A DNA stretch of 64,000 bases from the human T2T-CHM13v2.0 reference genome, Homo sapiens. The stretch lies in assembly GCF_009914755.1 (NCBI RefSeq), contig NC_060926.1; one strand, written 5' to 3'. Position 1 is the first letter of the stretch. Each line of letters starts with the position of its first letter. This document shows, piece by piece, positions 1 through 14,585 of the stretch. The notes beneath the pieces were generated by a model that made no database searches, had not been told where the DNA came from, and saw only the letters and a list, made by a program, of their open reading frames with translations. A program made the position numbers and the translations under genes.

Positions 1-410
1 GAGGGTGGCATGCCCAGAGAGGGCATGCAAGCTCCATGCCCCTTCCCCATCCCTTGTCCTAGGTAGCTCTTACCTGGTTGTTCATTTGTATCCTTTACAA
101 TAAACTGATAAACATAAAGTATTTCCCTGAGTGGTGTGAGCCACTGTTGCAAATGATCAAACAGGAGGAAGGGGTAATGAGAACCCCTAATTTGTAGCTA
201 ACCTGGTACCAGAAGCTTGCAACTGGCATCTGAAATGGGGGCAGTCTTGAGCCCTTAATCTGTAAAATCTGAAGCTAACTCCAAATAGATAGTGTCAGAA
301 TTAATTTGAATAGTAGGACACCCAAACGGTGTCTAGGAAGTCAAATAACTGATTGTTAGTGTGGAAAAAACTTAGATTTGGTGTCAGAAATGTGAGTAGA
401 GGAAATGGTT
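1..410 (+). mobile_element. MER21-like ERV LTR, 3' part
   Basis: Motifs gagggtggc..gagagggcatg..agctcc and ggcatctgaa..gggggcagtctt..agatagtgtcagaatt..gtaggacaccca. Confidence 0.65.
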
Positions 411-910
411 TTCCTTTTGAGCACCACTATCAGGTGAGTCAGCTCAGAAGACAAGCAACAAAGAATTCATTAATAAAGGTTAAAATTAGTAAAATGCCTA
501 CTTCTGTTTCATTTACTGTCCATGACTAGAGAGAAATACCAAAGAAACACAAAATACTGGTGAGAAAACAGGCTGAAAACAAAGGCAAGGAAGGAGAAAG
601 GGAAGAGGAAAGGCTCATTGAAGGAAGGCAGACATGGAGTCACACAGGGACAGGTGTAACAGCTGGAAGGAGGAGTCTAGTAAACTCTCTCTCATGAAGC
701 CAGACCTGGTCAGGCCATTCCAGTCCTGCCCCGTGGAGCTGGCATTTCAAGCTGAAAGTTTCCCGAGAGTGGCAGCAACAGTGCAGGGTCCCAGGTGAGG
801 GATTTAGTCATGGCACTCTCCACGGCATTTTGCTTCCTTCTCTCCCAACCAGGAAAACAAAAACAAAAACAAAAACCTTTGCTCCCAACACCCTGTCTCC
901 TTCACCACTC

Positions 911-1372
911 TGGTAGGTTGAATAATGGTTCCCCCAAAAGAAAGGTCCATGTCCTAAGCCCAGAAACCTGTAAATGTGACCTTATATAGAAAAAGAGTCT
1001 TTGTAGGTGTAATTAATTGAAAGATCTCAAGATGGGGGTCATCCTGGATTATGCTGGCAGACCCTAAATCTAATGATAAGTGTCCTTAGAAGAGACACTC
1101 AGAGGAGAGACACACAGAAGAGGAGAAGGTCATGCAAAAACTGAGACAGGGACTGGAGTGATGGAGCCACAAACCAAGGAATGCCTGGAGCCACGAGAAG
1201 CCAGAATAGGCAAGAAATGATTCTCCCCTGGAGCTTTTGAGGGAGCACGGCCCTGTCAACACATTGATTTCTCACTTCTGGCCTCCAGAACTGTGAGAAG
1301 GTTAATTAATCTCTACTGGTGTAAGCCACCCAGTTTGTGGTCATTTGTTACTGTGGCCCTAAGAAATTAATA
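911..1372 (+). mobile_element. MLT1C-like MaLR LTR
   Basis: tggtaggttgaataatgg...cttctggcctccagaactgtgaga...taagccacccagtttgtggtcatttgtta. Confidence 0.8.
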
Positions 1373-2261
1373 TGACCCCAACCACGAGGAAAAAAACAAA
1401 ACATGTTGCTGTCCTCTTTCCTCATGGGCACCATCAAAAACCTTCCTTCTAGGGTTTTCACTTACATAGTCTACCAAGGAAACTGCATGCCCATTGGTGC
1501 TGTCCTTTCCATGTGGACTTCGACCTCAGCTTAGCCACTTCTCGGGACTTCGCAGAGAAGCCCCGCAGGCCAGAATAGTTCAGTCCTGCTGGGCACTCAG
1601 CTGACCTCATGTCACTTGGGCTCTGATCCTTATGAGAGACACAGAGGATGGGAGGCAGGGTATGTTATTTTGCTTTTTAACCCAGTACCATTTAACCAAA
1701 TGGAAATACCATTCCCATCTATATGACTCAAAAGATAAAGACAGACCACAGTGGAAGATGTTTTAAGAACTGGCCTGAGGAGTTTCTAGAAGAACCTGAA
1801 ACACGGGATTTCCTGGGAGGACCTCCCCAATCCTCCCTCCTCCTCGCTCCTGGGTCTTGCTTTCTCTCATTTATTTTCTTCATTTCTTCCTTCCCTGTTT
1901 CTTTTTGGCTATGAATTTGCTCTTATATGAAAGAAACTGTACTCACACAGAAAGAAAGTGGAAAGCAAGAAACTGTGACAGTCAATCCTACTGCACTGGC
2001 TTCAACTCCTATACTTTTACAGCTAAATTCACTTCCCGGACTTGAAAACTTACTGGTGGGAGTTCAATGTCTGCCTTCCCCACTAGACTGTAAGCTCTAG
2101 GAGAAAAACACCTATAACTGTTTTGTTCATCATAATTTATGCAGTGCTTTCAACAGTGCCCTCATGACATGGGGCTTAAAATGTGTTTGTGGAATGACAA
2201 GTCTATATCAAAGGTTAAATACTAAAATGGTAAATTTTATGTTAAAGCTAAACATAGTGAC

Positions 2262-2600
2262 TGGGCATGGTGGCTCATGCCTGTAATCACAGCACTTTGG
2301 GAGGTCAAGGCAGACAAATCATGTGAGCTCAGGAGTTCAAGACCAGCCTGGGCAACACGGCAAAACCCTGTCTGTACTAAAAACTGATTAGTGGGTACCA
2401 CTTTCCTTTTCGGGCGATGAAAATGTTTTGGAACTAGATAGAGGTAGTGGTTGCACAACATTATGTTTAGTTTTGGTTTCTGGTTTTCTTTTAGAGATGA
2501 AGTTTGCTGTTGTCCAGGCTGAGCTTCTGGGCTCAAGTGATCCTCTCACCTCAGCCGCTTGAGTAGCAGGAATCACAGCCACCAGCCACCATGCCCAGCT
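2262..2600. mobile_element. Two Alu monomers in opposite orientation (2262-2382 +, ~2480-2600 -) within an old L1 3' fragment
   Basis: FLAM/AluJ-like left-arm sequences. Flanking L1M 3'-UTR motif tggttgcacaacatt. Confidence 0.75.
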
Positions 2601-2830
2601 GCACAACATTGTTAATGTACTAAATGCCACTGAACTGTTCACTTTAAAATGGTTAATTATGTTATGTGAATTTTGCCTCCATTTTAAAAAAAGAACGAAA
2701 AGAAAAAGGTGAAATAAACCTGATTTTGCCATTTAACAATAGAGTTCAAAGTAAAGTATATATAAAAAACTATTTTTTTTATGACTTAAGTAACCACCAG
2801 AGTACTGATGTTGGGGCCCAGGGTGTAAAT

Positions 2831-3049
2831 CAGGGATTCTCAACCTGGACGCTCATGACTTTGGACTGTATAATTCCCTGTTATGGGGGCCATCCCCATC
2901 CCATGCACTACAGGATATTCACCAGCATCCCTGACCTCCATTCGTTTGATGCCTGTAATAGCCCTTTCCTAGGTGTGACAATCAAAAATGTCTCTAGATA
3001 TTGCCAAGTGTCTCCTGGGGGGCAAAACAGCCACAATTGAGACCTACTG
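2831..3049. mobile_element. MER20 (hAT-Charlie MITE)
   Basis: cagggattctcaacc...gtgacaatcaaaaatgtctctagatattgccaagtgtc..ctggggggcaaaa...ttgagacctactg. Confidence 0.8.
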
Positions 3050-5759
3050 GTCTAAATGGAAAAAGGGCTCTCTAGCAATTATCAAAAATTTCTTCTTTTT
3101 CTATCCCTTGTATACCTACCAGTGTGACTCATTGTTTCCTGCCAATCCTACCAGCCACAAATGACCTATCTGTGAACTTCTAGCACCTGGTTATAATGCC
3201 CTTTTTCTAACCCCAAGTTCCCCCAAGCCACCCACGAGGGACCTGGACATGCTGCTTTCTGCCTGTGTCACTTGCCAGGCCACAGATTATCCAGGGGCCC
3301 TCATCCTATCCCCAGTGTATGGTAACATAGCTCCACTAGCACCTACAAGATAGAAGGATGTCCTTAAGGTATAGGTCAAGGAAAAAGCAAACCTACTGGT
3401 TTGACAAGCAGAACAGAGCCTCCCTGTGCCTAGGCCCTCATTCTCTAATCTCAGTCAAGAACAACAAAATTCCAAACCATCACACCACCCCCAAACAGGG
3501 TAACAGGTGAAATGAAAGGTTGAAAGCCCCTATCCCTAGAAGATATAAGTGAATTTTCAAGGAATTCAATTATCTCTAACTTTAAGGAACACAATCAATT
3601 CACATCGAGTTGCTTTGACATTAATCTTTCAGAAGACCCCACAAGCTTGAGAGGAGAAATGGATTCTAATCCCAATTGAACCTAGCTGTGTAGTTTTGGA
3701 CAGGCCATTTAATCCTCTGGGCATAGTTTCTCCTTTGCAAGATCTGTGAGTTAGGCTGTTTGAATTCTAAGTTTAATGCATTAATTTAATACCTACTTCC
3801 TAAATACCTACTTATTAAAAGCATACAAAAAGATGAGTGAGAACCTAACCATACCCTCAAGGAGTCCAAGTTGGGTCAGGGATGAAGGGAGAACAGCTTA
3901 GAAGACTGATAAATAAATCGTTATTGTAAGATGCAGCAAATCCTAAAGAGGTATGTGCCACATGCTTGAGTGTATGAGAGTGCAAACATCAGGAACAACT
4001 AATCACATGTAAAAGAAGTGAACAGACATTCCCAGCAGCACGCTGTGCCTGCTCCTGTGAAGGGATAAAGTGAAGAGCTGGAAGCATTAGGAGTATAGAA
4101 GAGGCCACATTTAATGGAGATGCCTCTACTATTTTGGTTTGTTAACACCTAGAAAGAATATACAAGGAATAAACCATTTCCAACTCAAAGATTAGGCTTT
4201 TTGGCTGACAGAGTCATACCTCCTCCTTTATCTCGAGGCTGCAGAGCAAAGATTCAGGGAAGTGGTCCTTCATCATTCAGCAACCTCTGAGGTGAAGGGC
4301 TTCACTAAGAATTAATCATTAGTCTAGTGATAAAAAAGAACCATGAGGCAACCAACCTGACCAGGAGGGCATAAAAGTGAAAGGTAAGCAGGAGCTCCCA
4401 GCAATAAAATACAAAAAGCAAATTCAAAACCAGGTCCTGAAGATGCCTCTACAGCGACCATGCAAGGTCTTTTTTGTCACAAAGCCAAGACCCAAAGGAG
4501 AAAAAAGAATTCATGTACACATAAAATTAAATATAAGTAGAGATATAAATAAATATATAATATTCAATATACTAATATATAAGTAAAATACATGCAAAAT
4601 AAAAATGGGTTCCTTTTAATAAGAGGAAGTTAAGCTGCCAAATAAATGCCATAAATTATAAATACCTAACAATAAAAACAACTTAGCTCCACAATCAAGC
4701 CAAAGGATAAATCATCCAACTTGCTCGGTCCTGCTCCTGCACCAGCCAATATCACTTGCATCACTAGCCCTCTGATGCCATATTTTCCTACGCCTCAGTA
4801 GCTTAGCGCAGGAGGTCAGAACTTTCCTTGCTCTCCTGAGTTGACTCCAAACCATCACTCCTCCACCCTCATGTAAAAATTCCTGCTCCTTTGAGCTCAT
4901 GCCACGTGGCTACACTGGCTTCCACCCTGCCTTGCCTTTGTACTTCCCCCTCTGGCTCAGTCTCTAACATTCACGGATGCCTGTAGCATCTTGGCTTCCC
5001 TGCACTGCAACTCCTACCATCTTTCTGGGTGGTCTCAAAATCCACTTATTCCTAAACTGCAGCCTCCAGATTTCTTCACGACACTGACCTTTGGTCCTCT
5101 CAATGACCTACACATCCATGGCCACCCTCTAGACCTTGTCAACACAAATCTTAAACATCAGTCTCCCCCATTCTGACACACCCTCCAAGACTTCCATTCC
5201 CTTAGGCTTTCATTCTGGCCTGACCATCCAGTCCTCCATGCTCTGACTCTTCCATTTTCTTTCAATCAACCAATCAACCCCCTGCTTAGACAGGCTTGTC
5301 TCCCCATTCTGGCCCCATGGTTGACCATCTACACTGCTCCTTTGATTTCTGTGCACTCCTAGCCTCCCCTCACACCTCCCCAACCTTGAATCAATGCTAA
5401 ATCCACCTGCTCTGTTCCTAACCTCAAATCACACAGCCTTACAAGACTGCCTCATGGTGTCCATCCTGGCTTGGGTCCTTTCCTTGTCCTTGGTTAGCTC
5501 CCTCTCTCATTCCCCTCGATGACTAACCCAACTCTCAGGAGTATCCTCAGCCCCATACTTACCACTATCCTCGGCAGACAACCTTGCCTCCTTACTCCAG
5601 AAAATTGAGGGTATCTGTTATGATTGCCTTCAATTCCCACCCTACCCCCAAGGCTTCCCCACTACAAACTTATCTATATCCATACAGATTCACTCATCTC
5701 CTCCTGTCTCAGAGTGTGAAATTTCCCTCTTCTTTCCCAAGGTTCAGCCTTGATCTTAT

Positions 5760-6590
5760 TCATCCATCCACCCATTTAATCAACAAATATTTACTGTGTC
5801 CCTACTCTATGAGAGCCATGGTTCTAGGCCTGTGAATAAAACAGAAAAGCTCATAAAGCTTAAGTTCCAAAGAGGAGAGACAATACACAAACAAGCACGT
5901 TATATAGCAGAGCCAAAGCAGGGAAGAGGGAGGGAGTGCTGCCGGGAGGGAGGGGTTGCAAATTTTAATGGAATGGTCAGGGAAGGACTCTCTCAGAAAG
6001 TGACATTTAAGCAAAATAGGTGAGGGAGAGCAAGCTTTGGGGCTACCTAGAGGACACATTCCACAGGCAAGGGGAACAGCAAGTACAAGAGGCCTGAGCA
6101 GGGAGGTGCGAATCTGCCCTGCTTTAAGAAACCACAGGAAGGAAGCCAGTATGGATAGAGAGCAATAACCAGAGGAGAAGAGTAAAATAAGAATGCAGAG
6201 AGGAAACGGTGGGGCAGAGCATAGCACTTTCTAGGCCACAGCAGGATTTACAGTTTTACTCTGAGATGGGGAATCACTGGACGCTTCTGAGCAGAGGAGT
6301 AACTAACATGAAATGATTGGCACTTTAAAGGCTCACTCTGGCTACTGTGCTGAGTAGACTGAGGAGGCTCAGGCAGCAGTGGAGAGACCAGTGAAGAAAC
6401 AGCTGCCATCATCCAGGCCAATGACAGGCTGGCCCAGAGAGACAGCAACGAAGGCAGTAAGAAGTGGTTGGACCTTGGCTGTATTGTGAATATAGAGCAA
6501 ACAGGATTTTCTGATAAACTGAATGACAACAGGTTTTTGGCCTGAGTATCTAAAAGAATGGAATTGCAATTTTTAAAAATGAAGACTACT
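5760..6590 (-). mobile_element. L2 (L2a-like) 3' fragment
   Basis: catttaatcaacaaatatttactg terminus and the typical L2 3' region (aggctcactctggctactgtg, catcatccaggc). Confidence 0.7.
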
Positions 6591-7503
6591 CCATTCCCTC
6601 CTGTCTCCTCTGGGACCTTGCTCCATGAGGAACTGCCCTCTCTTCTGTTTTAACCTCAATCTCTCCCCTGACCTCCTCTCTCTAGCCTGGTGCCTCTTCC
6701 CATCAGCCTACTGATATGCTCAAGCATCTCCCAAGCTATGATCTCTCCCTTTCTTTTCTTATGAACATTTCTCAAAGAAATAGTTTAGACTTGGTGCTCC
6801 CACTCACCAACTCACTGTAATCTATAATTCCGTTTCCATCACTCTTCTGAATGCTCTTGCAGAGGTCAATGCCACTCCACTGGCCAATCCAGAGGACACT
6901 TTCCAGTCTTTATCCTACTTGACCTCTCTGGGATATTTGACCCTCTTTACTTCCAACTTTTTAATTTTGTTGGATCCCATGTCTGCGAGACACTGCATTC
7001 TACTGATTCTCCTCCCACCTCGCTGGACATTCCTTCTCTGTCACCTTTAAGGGCTCTCCTTACTAAGCTACCCCTTAAATGTTGCTAAGCCTAAATTCCA
7101 TCCTCAGCCCACTACTCTTCTGACTCTTGACTAGTGATTTGCAAACTTGAATACAAGTATCCCTGTATGGACAGCTTCAAACAAATCAATGCCATGATAC
7201 TTAACTTCCCTAGATATCTTTCCTTAAAATGATTTGCCCAAGTTTCTCAAAGCCATTAGCCAACTTTAATGAAATAAAATTTTTAAAAAGCATACCCTTT
7301 GCCCAACTCTCACTGTGGTGCGTCCACCAGGGTGTAAAGAACACCAGAGCCTTGTATATACACTCATAGTACTTCCTGTCTTTCACTGACATGTGTATTT
7401 CTTTTAAGGAGGAAGCACGGTGTTAGGTGATATACTGGTCCATGCTGGGATGTTCTGAATTCAAGTATATAGTAGAGTCGAGTGGTAGGAGTAAAGGCAA
7501 TTT

Positions 7504-7849
<346 letters not shown>

Positions 7850-8205
7850 CTAGTAGAAGTCCAGCTGAACCCTCAGTCAACCCACAGAATCATGAGCAAT
7901 TATAAGCTGTTGTTGGTTTAGGCCACAAGGTTTTGGGGTGGTTTGTTATACAGCAATAGATGACTAAAACACAACCCAAGCACACTGCAAACTGATCATG
8001 GCCAACTACGAACACGCTGCCTCCTCTCATTAAACCTGTATCTTCCCTCTTTCAACCTTCCCTCTCTGCTGTGTAACACTGCTCAGTGGGTGCCACTTCC
8101 ATCTCACCCTTAGTTAGGCACTCAAACTGAAAGCCTGGAATCACTCTTGATTCCACACCTCCCCTCCAACTCCGAATCCAACCGGGCACCAAGGCCTGAT
8201 GTTAC

Positions 8206-9633
8206 TGAGAGGTGACAGCGTGCTGGCAGCCCTCCTAGCCCTCACTCGCTTTCGACGCCTCCTCGGCCTTGGCGCCCACTCTGGCCGTGCTTGAGGAGCC
8301 CTTCAGCCCGCCGCTGCACTGTGGGAGCCCCTTTCTGGGCTGGCCAAGGCCAGAGCTGGCTCCCTCAGCTTGCAGGGAGGTGTGGAGGGAGAGGTGCGGG
8401 CGGGAACCGGGGCTGCGCAGGGCGCCTGTGGGCCAGCGCCAGTTCCAGGTGGGCGTGGGCTTGGTGGGCCCCGCACTCAGAGCAGACAGCGGGCCCCAGG
8501 CAGTGAGGGGCTTACCACCTGAGCCAGCAGCTGCTGCCCTCGATTTCTGGCCGGGCCTTAGCTGCCTCCCCGCGGGGCAGGGCTTGGGACCTGCAGCCCG
8601 CCATGCCTGAGCCTTCCCCCCTCCCCCGCCCGGCGGTGGGCTCCTGCGCAGCCGGAGCCTCCCCGACGAGCGCCACCCCCTGCTCCACAGCGCCCGGTCC
8701 CATCAACTGCCCAAGGGCTGAGGAGTGCAGGTGCACGGCACGGGACCGGCAAGCAGCTCCACCTGCGGCCCTGGTGCAAGATCCACTGGGTGAAGCCAGC
8801 TGGGCTCCCGAGTCTAGTGGAGACTTGGAGAACCTTTATGTCTAGCTGAGGGACTGTAAGTACACCAATCGACACTCTGTATCTAGCTCAAGGCTTATAA
8901 ACACACCAATCAGCACCTTGTGTCTAGCTCAGGGTTTGTGAATGCATCAATGGCACTCTGTATCTAGTTAATCTGGTGGGGACTTGGAGAACCTTTATGT
9001 CTAGCTGAGGGATTGTAAATACACCAATTGGCACTCTGTATCTAGCTCAAGGTTTGTAAACACACCAATCAGCACCCTGTGTCTAGCTCAGGGTTTGTAA
9101 ATACACCAATCGACACTCCGCATCTAGCTAATCTAGTGGGGACGTGGAGAACTTTTGTGTCTAGCTCAGGGATTATAAACGCACCAATCAGCACCCTGTC
9201 AAAATGGACCAATCAGCTCTCTGTAAAACAGACCAATCGGCTCTCTGTAAAATGGACCAATCAGCAGAATGTGGGTGGGGCCAAATAAGAATAAAAGCAG
9301 GCTGCCAGAGACATCAGTGGCAACCCACTCAGGTCCCCTTCCACACCGTGGAAGCTTTGTTCTTTCGCTCTTTGCAATAAATCTTGCTGCTGCTCACTCT
9401 TTGGGTCCACACTGCCTTTATGAGCTGTAACACTCACCGCAAAGGTCTGCAGCTTCACTCCTGAGCTAGCGAGACCACGAACCCACCAGAAGGAAGAAAC
9501 TCTGAACACATCCGAACATCAGAAGGAACAAACTCCAAACACACCGCCTTTAAGAACTGTGACACTCACTGCGAGGGTCCGCGGCTTCATTCTTGAAGTC
9601 AGTAAGACCAAGAACCCACCAATTCTGGACACA
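8206..9633 (+). mobile_element. Solo LTR12C (ERV9) LTR
   Basis: Begins TGAGAGGTGACAGCGTGCTGGCAG and ends AATTCTGGACACA. 4-bp TSD TTAC (8202-8205 / 9634-9637). U3 repeats carry nine CCAAT boxes. AATAAAA TATA-like box ~9290, AATAAA at 9376. Confidence 0.95.
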
Positions 9634-9840
9634 TTACGACTGCCAAAATATTCCTAGTCTGCACTTCTCTCTGTTCCTGTCACCACTCTGCCACTCAGAC
9701 CTGGCAGTCTTGAACCTGGATCATGTCAACAGCCTCGTAAATGCCCTTCCTCCAGACTCAGCTCCCTCTGGTCACCCTCCAGAAATCTAACTCAAGTGCT
9801 TTTCTGATCATGCCAGCCCCTCTGAAAAACTCTGAATGGA

Positions 9841-9965
9841 GGGCTGGGTGCTGTGGCTCATGACTGTAAGCACTTTGGGAGGCCCAGGTGGGAGGACCGC
9901 TTGAGGTCAGGAGTTTGAGACCAGCATGGGCAATATAGCAAAACCCTGTCTCTACAAGAAAAAAA
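9841..9965 (+). mobile_element. Alu monomer (FLAM-like)
   Basis: Left-arm sequence with A-rich end. Confidence 0.8.
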
Positions 9966-11976
9966 TGTATTTTTTAAACCCCACAACTCTGAATGGCTCT
10001 GATACTACTCAAAGATAAACTTCAGACTCTCTGTGATCAAGGACCTGCCTTTCTTCTCAGGCCTTTCCAAGGATGGCTGCCAACAAAAATCATAAAGGAA
10101 AAGACTAACATACTTGATAGCACAAAAATTTAAAATATCTGCAAAAAGCCCACTATTAAGGTAAATGACAAAATAGAAAAAAAACCCGCAATGTATATAA
10201 CAAAGGATTAATGTCTTAAATATGTAAAGAACTCCTATTAAGTCATTAAGAAACAAGTGCCCTAACCGGAATATAAGTAAAGGAACATAAACAAAAATTC
10301 ACCATAAAATAAATATAAAAAACAGAGAGGGAGGGAAGGAAGAAGGCAGGGAGAAAAAGAAAAGAGAAGGAAGGGAGGGAGCTAGAGGAGAAAGGGAGAG
10401 AGGGAGGGAACACGTCCAACCACATACACAAGATGGAAGTATATACAGGTTTAATTTTTATGGAGGCCAGCTTGTAATTTGCATCAAAAGGTAAAATAAG
10501 CATATCTTTTGATCCAGCCATTTTGTGTCCAGAAATTAATTCTAAAGAAGTAATAGAACAAGTACTCAAAGGCTTAAAAAAAATTCGTTGCAGCTGTTTT
10601 GTAATATCTATAAAATAACATAAATGTCTAAAAATAGGAAATTGGTTAAGTAAATTGCAACATCTCCAAACAATGGACTAAAATTGATGATGCAGACCTT
10701 TAACACAGAAAGAGAGCTGCAATCTATTGCTAAGTGAGAAAGCAGATTACAGGGGATGATGTGGAATATATTCTTATTTTTGCAAAGTCTTGAAGAAGAA
10801 TATAATATCAAAATATTAACAATGACAATCTATGGGACTATGGGTAACACTTTCTATTTTTGTCTGGCTTTATCTTCTAATCATTCCACTATCATAATAG
10901 ATTAATTTGCATGTCCAAAATAATTTTAAGACTTCTTGATTGCTTTCTTCCATATCAACCAAAGATTATACAGTATATGGAACCAGTATTCATTTCATTG
11001 CTTCAAGTTTCCTAGTCCCCAACACTAAACCTCATCTGAGAGTCTCCAGCAGAGCCCTACTGAGATATAAGCACATCCAGCACTGAACAGTGAGTTACAA
11101 TCCTGGAACCCTCTCTGTGGCTTCCATAAATAGAAATGGAATAACCGAAACAATATTATAACAGTGCCTAGAACAATGCCTTACATTGAATGTGTGGGGC
11201 AGAGACTGAGAAGGGAGGGTTGGAAGAGTAAGGGAAGGGATTGCAAGCAAAAAAGAAAACAGAAATAAGTTAAGTCCCTGAGCATTGCTACTCAACTCTT
11301 CAGAAAAATGGTTATAAACACATTTCATTAACAGTAAGTGTCAAATGGTAAGCCGTTATCTCTTCCAAACTCAACCTTTATAGAATGTGAGACATAAAAA
11401 AATGGTTTCTGTGCCAACAAGAGATATAAAACCCACGTATCTTGATCTCAGACAAGACCTTCGAACTCTCACTAAGAGCCTCTTTATTGTCACACACAGT
11501 TCTAACAAGCTTAGTCATCCAGTGTCCAGTCCACAGCAGATTAAAAGCAGCAAATTAGAGGAGTAGTGTTAATTCAGGAAGGCACATGGATAGCAGCAAG
11601 AAGGACAGCTAACAGTCTCATAAGGAAGCGGAAACCACCATAAAGCACAAACATGAAATTCAAAAAAGACAGCAATCCAGGGCCATTTCATTGAAGAGCA
11701 AGCTGTCTGTCTCATCCGTATCAAGCAAACACCCTAACAGATCTATAACAAAACAGTAACACTCTAATAAAATGCATATATAAAAATTAACGAACCATAA
11801 GATGTTAGAGTTGGAAAGTAAATTTACCATCTAGTCCTCATTTTACACATAGGGAGCCTGGTGGACGGAACTGGGAAGCAATGTGTCAGAGTACAGTATG
11901 TGGTGAGGTCACTAAACAGGTTCAGTTCAGGAGTACTTTCCACTTATGTCACGCTGCCTCTGTGGTATACACTCCA

Positions 11977-12049
11977 GAAGACAGGAAATATATGTATAAC
12001 ATATTTCAAAACTGGAAGACAGGAAATATATGTATAAAATATTTCAAAA
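11977..12049. repeat. Two-copy tandem duplication, period 38
   Basis: gaagacaggaaatatatgtataaMatatttcaaaa at 11977 and 12015, one mismatch in 35 bp. Confidence 0.9.
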
Positions 12050-12799
12050 TAGTAAAACTTTAAAAATTGATACACTTTCATGGGCCAGGAACATCTCTTT
12101 TCCAACAATGAGTTGTCTCAAATGGGCTCTTCATAAGACCAGGCCATTCTTCTACCTATCCTTTGTCATTTCTTCTCTCCACACATCTAAGGAACTCCTC
12201 CATATCCTTTCCCTACTCTTCTTAAATCCAATTCAACTCCATTCACAGCATTCAATAGAAAACAGAAGCAAGAACTCCCTCAACTTACCAAACCTCACCC
12301 AATTTCTCTTCCTCTGTATCTATTCCTTCTCTCCTTCCTTCCAGGTCAGTGAATGAAGTACCCTTTCTCCTGTCCAAGGTTATCTCTGTTACTTGAGTTC
12401 ACGACCTCACCCATGACCTCCCATCCCTTCTTTGGGTTACTCCATCAATGATACCCCAGTACTGTATTTTCAACCTCTTCCTCTCTTTGATTGCTTCTTC
12501 TCTGCCTAATATACTCAAGACTTGTCCATCATTACAAAAATTATATTATTATTAAAAATAATACAATTATTATTAAGAAATAATAATAAATTCTGCCCTG
12601 ATTCAGCATCCACCTCCCTTCCCAGTCAGTCATCATTTCACTGCCACCTGGACTTCAGTCACTGCTCCACAGAAACTGCTAACGAAGCTCACAAATTACC
12701 TCCATATTTCCAAATCCAATTAACACTTATCTTGACGTCTGTAATGAGTTAACACTCTGAAGTGTCCATTCCTTCCATTTTAAAATTAAATTAATTAAT

Positions 12800-13107
12800 T
12801 ATTATTATTATTTTTTTTTTTTGAGACAGGGTCTCACTCTGTCTCCCAGCCTGGAGTGAGGTGGCGCGATCACAGCTCACTGTAGCTTCAACCTCCCAGG
12901 CTCAAGCGATCTTCCCACCTCAGCCTCCTAAGTAGGTGGGACTATAGGTGCATTCCACCATGCCTGGCTTTTTTTTTTTTTTTTTGTAGAGACAGGGTTT
13001 TGCCATGTTGCCCAGACTGGTCTTGAACTCCTGGGCTCAAGCAATCCCCCTGCCTTGGCCTCTCAAAGTGCTGGGATTATAGGCATGGGCCACCAGGGCA
13101 CTCGGCC
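12800..13107 (-). mobile_element. AluJ
   Basis: Antisense dimer, T-rich 5' side. Confidence 0.88.
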
Positions 13108-13306
13108 CCTTCTTCTTTTAATTTTACTTAGGATTTATTTTCGTCACTTCACATCCTCCTGATTCTACCGTCAATCATTCTTTCTGCCTCCTTCATGTGC
13201 CTACTCTTTCATTCAACTGGTTTCTACTGAGCTCTGCAGATGTGCCAGGCACTCACTATTCTAGACACTGGGGATCCAGCCATGAACAAGTCAGACAAGA
13301 TTCTCA

Positions 13307-13637
<331 letters not shown>

Positions 13638-14468
13638 CTAGTGGGGGGAGTGGGAGTGATAAATAAATAATAAGCAAGAAAATCTGCTGATACATGCTAC
13701 ACGGTGAAATAAAACAGGATTGGTTCCTTACACTGGGCGGTAAAGGACAGCCTCTATGAAGTGGGATTTAAGTGAGCTCTGAATGACAAAAAGCCAACCA
13801 AGGGAAGACAAGAAGGAAGAACATTCCAGGAAAAGGCACCAGCCAAGCCTTAGACACTAAAGAAGAAACTATGTTCTATGCTCAAAAAAGATGAACAAGA
13901 ATCACTGTGACTAAAAAGCAAGTGGTTGAGGGGAAGAGAGACACAAGCTATTGTAGGGGTTTGCAGGTCAGTGTGAGGAGTTTGGATTTTATTCCAGGTG
14001 GACTCCTCTTCCTCCACACAGTCTCCTTATGAGATCTCACTCCATTTCAGTTTTCATTCCTATCTTGTGGTTTTATGACAACTCCCACTCCAACTTTTCT
14101 CTACAATGCAGGCCAGTCCTATGCAACAGCATCCTGAACTACATCCATACTTGGATTTCCACTGATGGCTCATTAAAAAGTCCCTAACTGAAGCCCGTCT
14201 CTTTTCCTCAAACACTATTCTTTCTTCTTTTTATTGACACCATTATCTACCCAGTCACTTAAGCCACTAGCCCAAGATCCAATCTAGCTTTCTGTCATCT
14301 GCAACATCTAATTATTAACACTGATTTTTCTAAGTTTAAGGTAAAGATATAGAAAGAAGGAAAGCAGAAAAAAAGGAATGGAATCTTTCACCTCCAGTAA
14401 GAATGATACCTCCCTGTGAGGACCATACGTAGGCCAAGGTTAACAATCCACCTCAAAACTATTGTCTT

Positions 14469-14585
14469 GGCTGGGCGTGGTGGCTCACGCCTGTAATCCT
14501 GGCACTTTGGGAGGCCGAGGTGGGAGGACTGCTTAAAACCAGAAGTTTGAGACCAGCCTGGGCAACATAGCAAAACCCTGTTTCT
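14469..14585 (+). mobile_element. Alu monomer
   Basis: Left-arm sequence. Confidence 0.8.

Noticed and set aside
8800-9265. Spaced ~40-bp repeats resembling a CRISPR array
   Set aside because: These are the standard LTR12 U3 enhancer repeats. There are no unique spacers and the context is eukaryotic.
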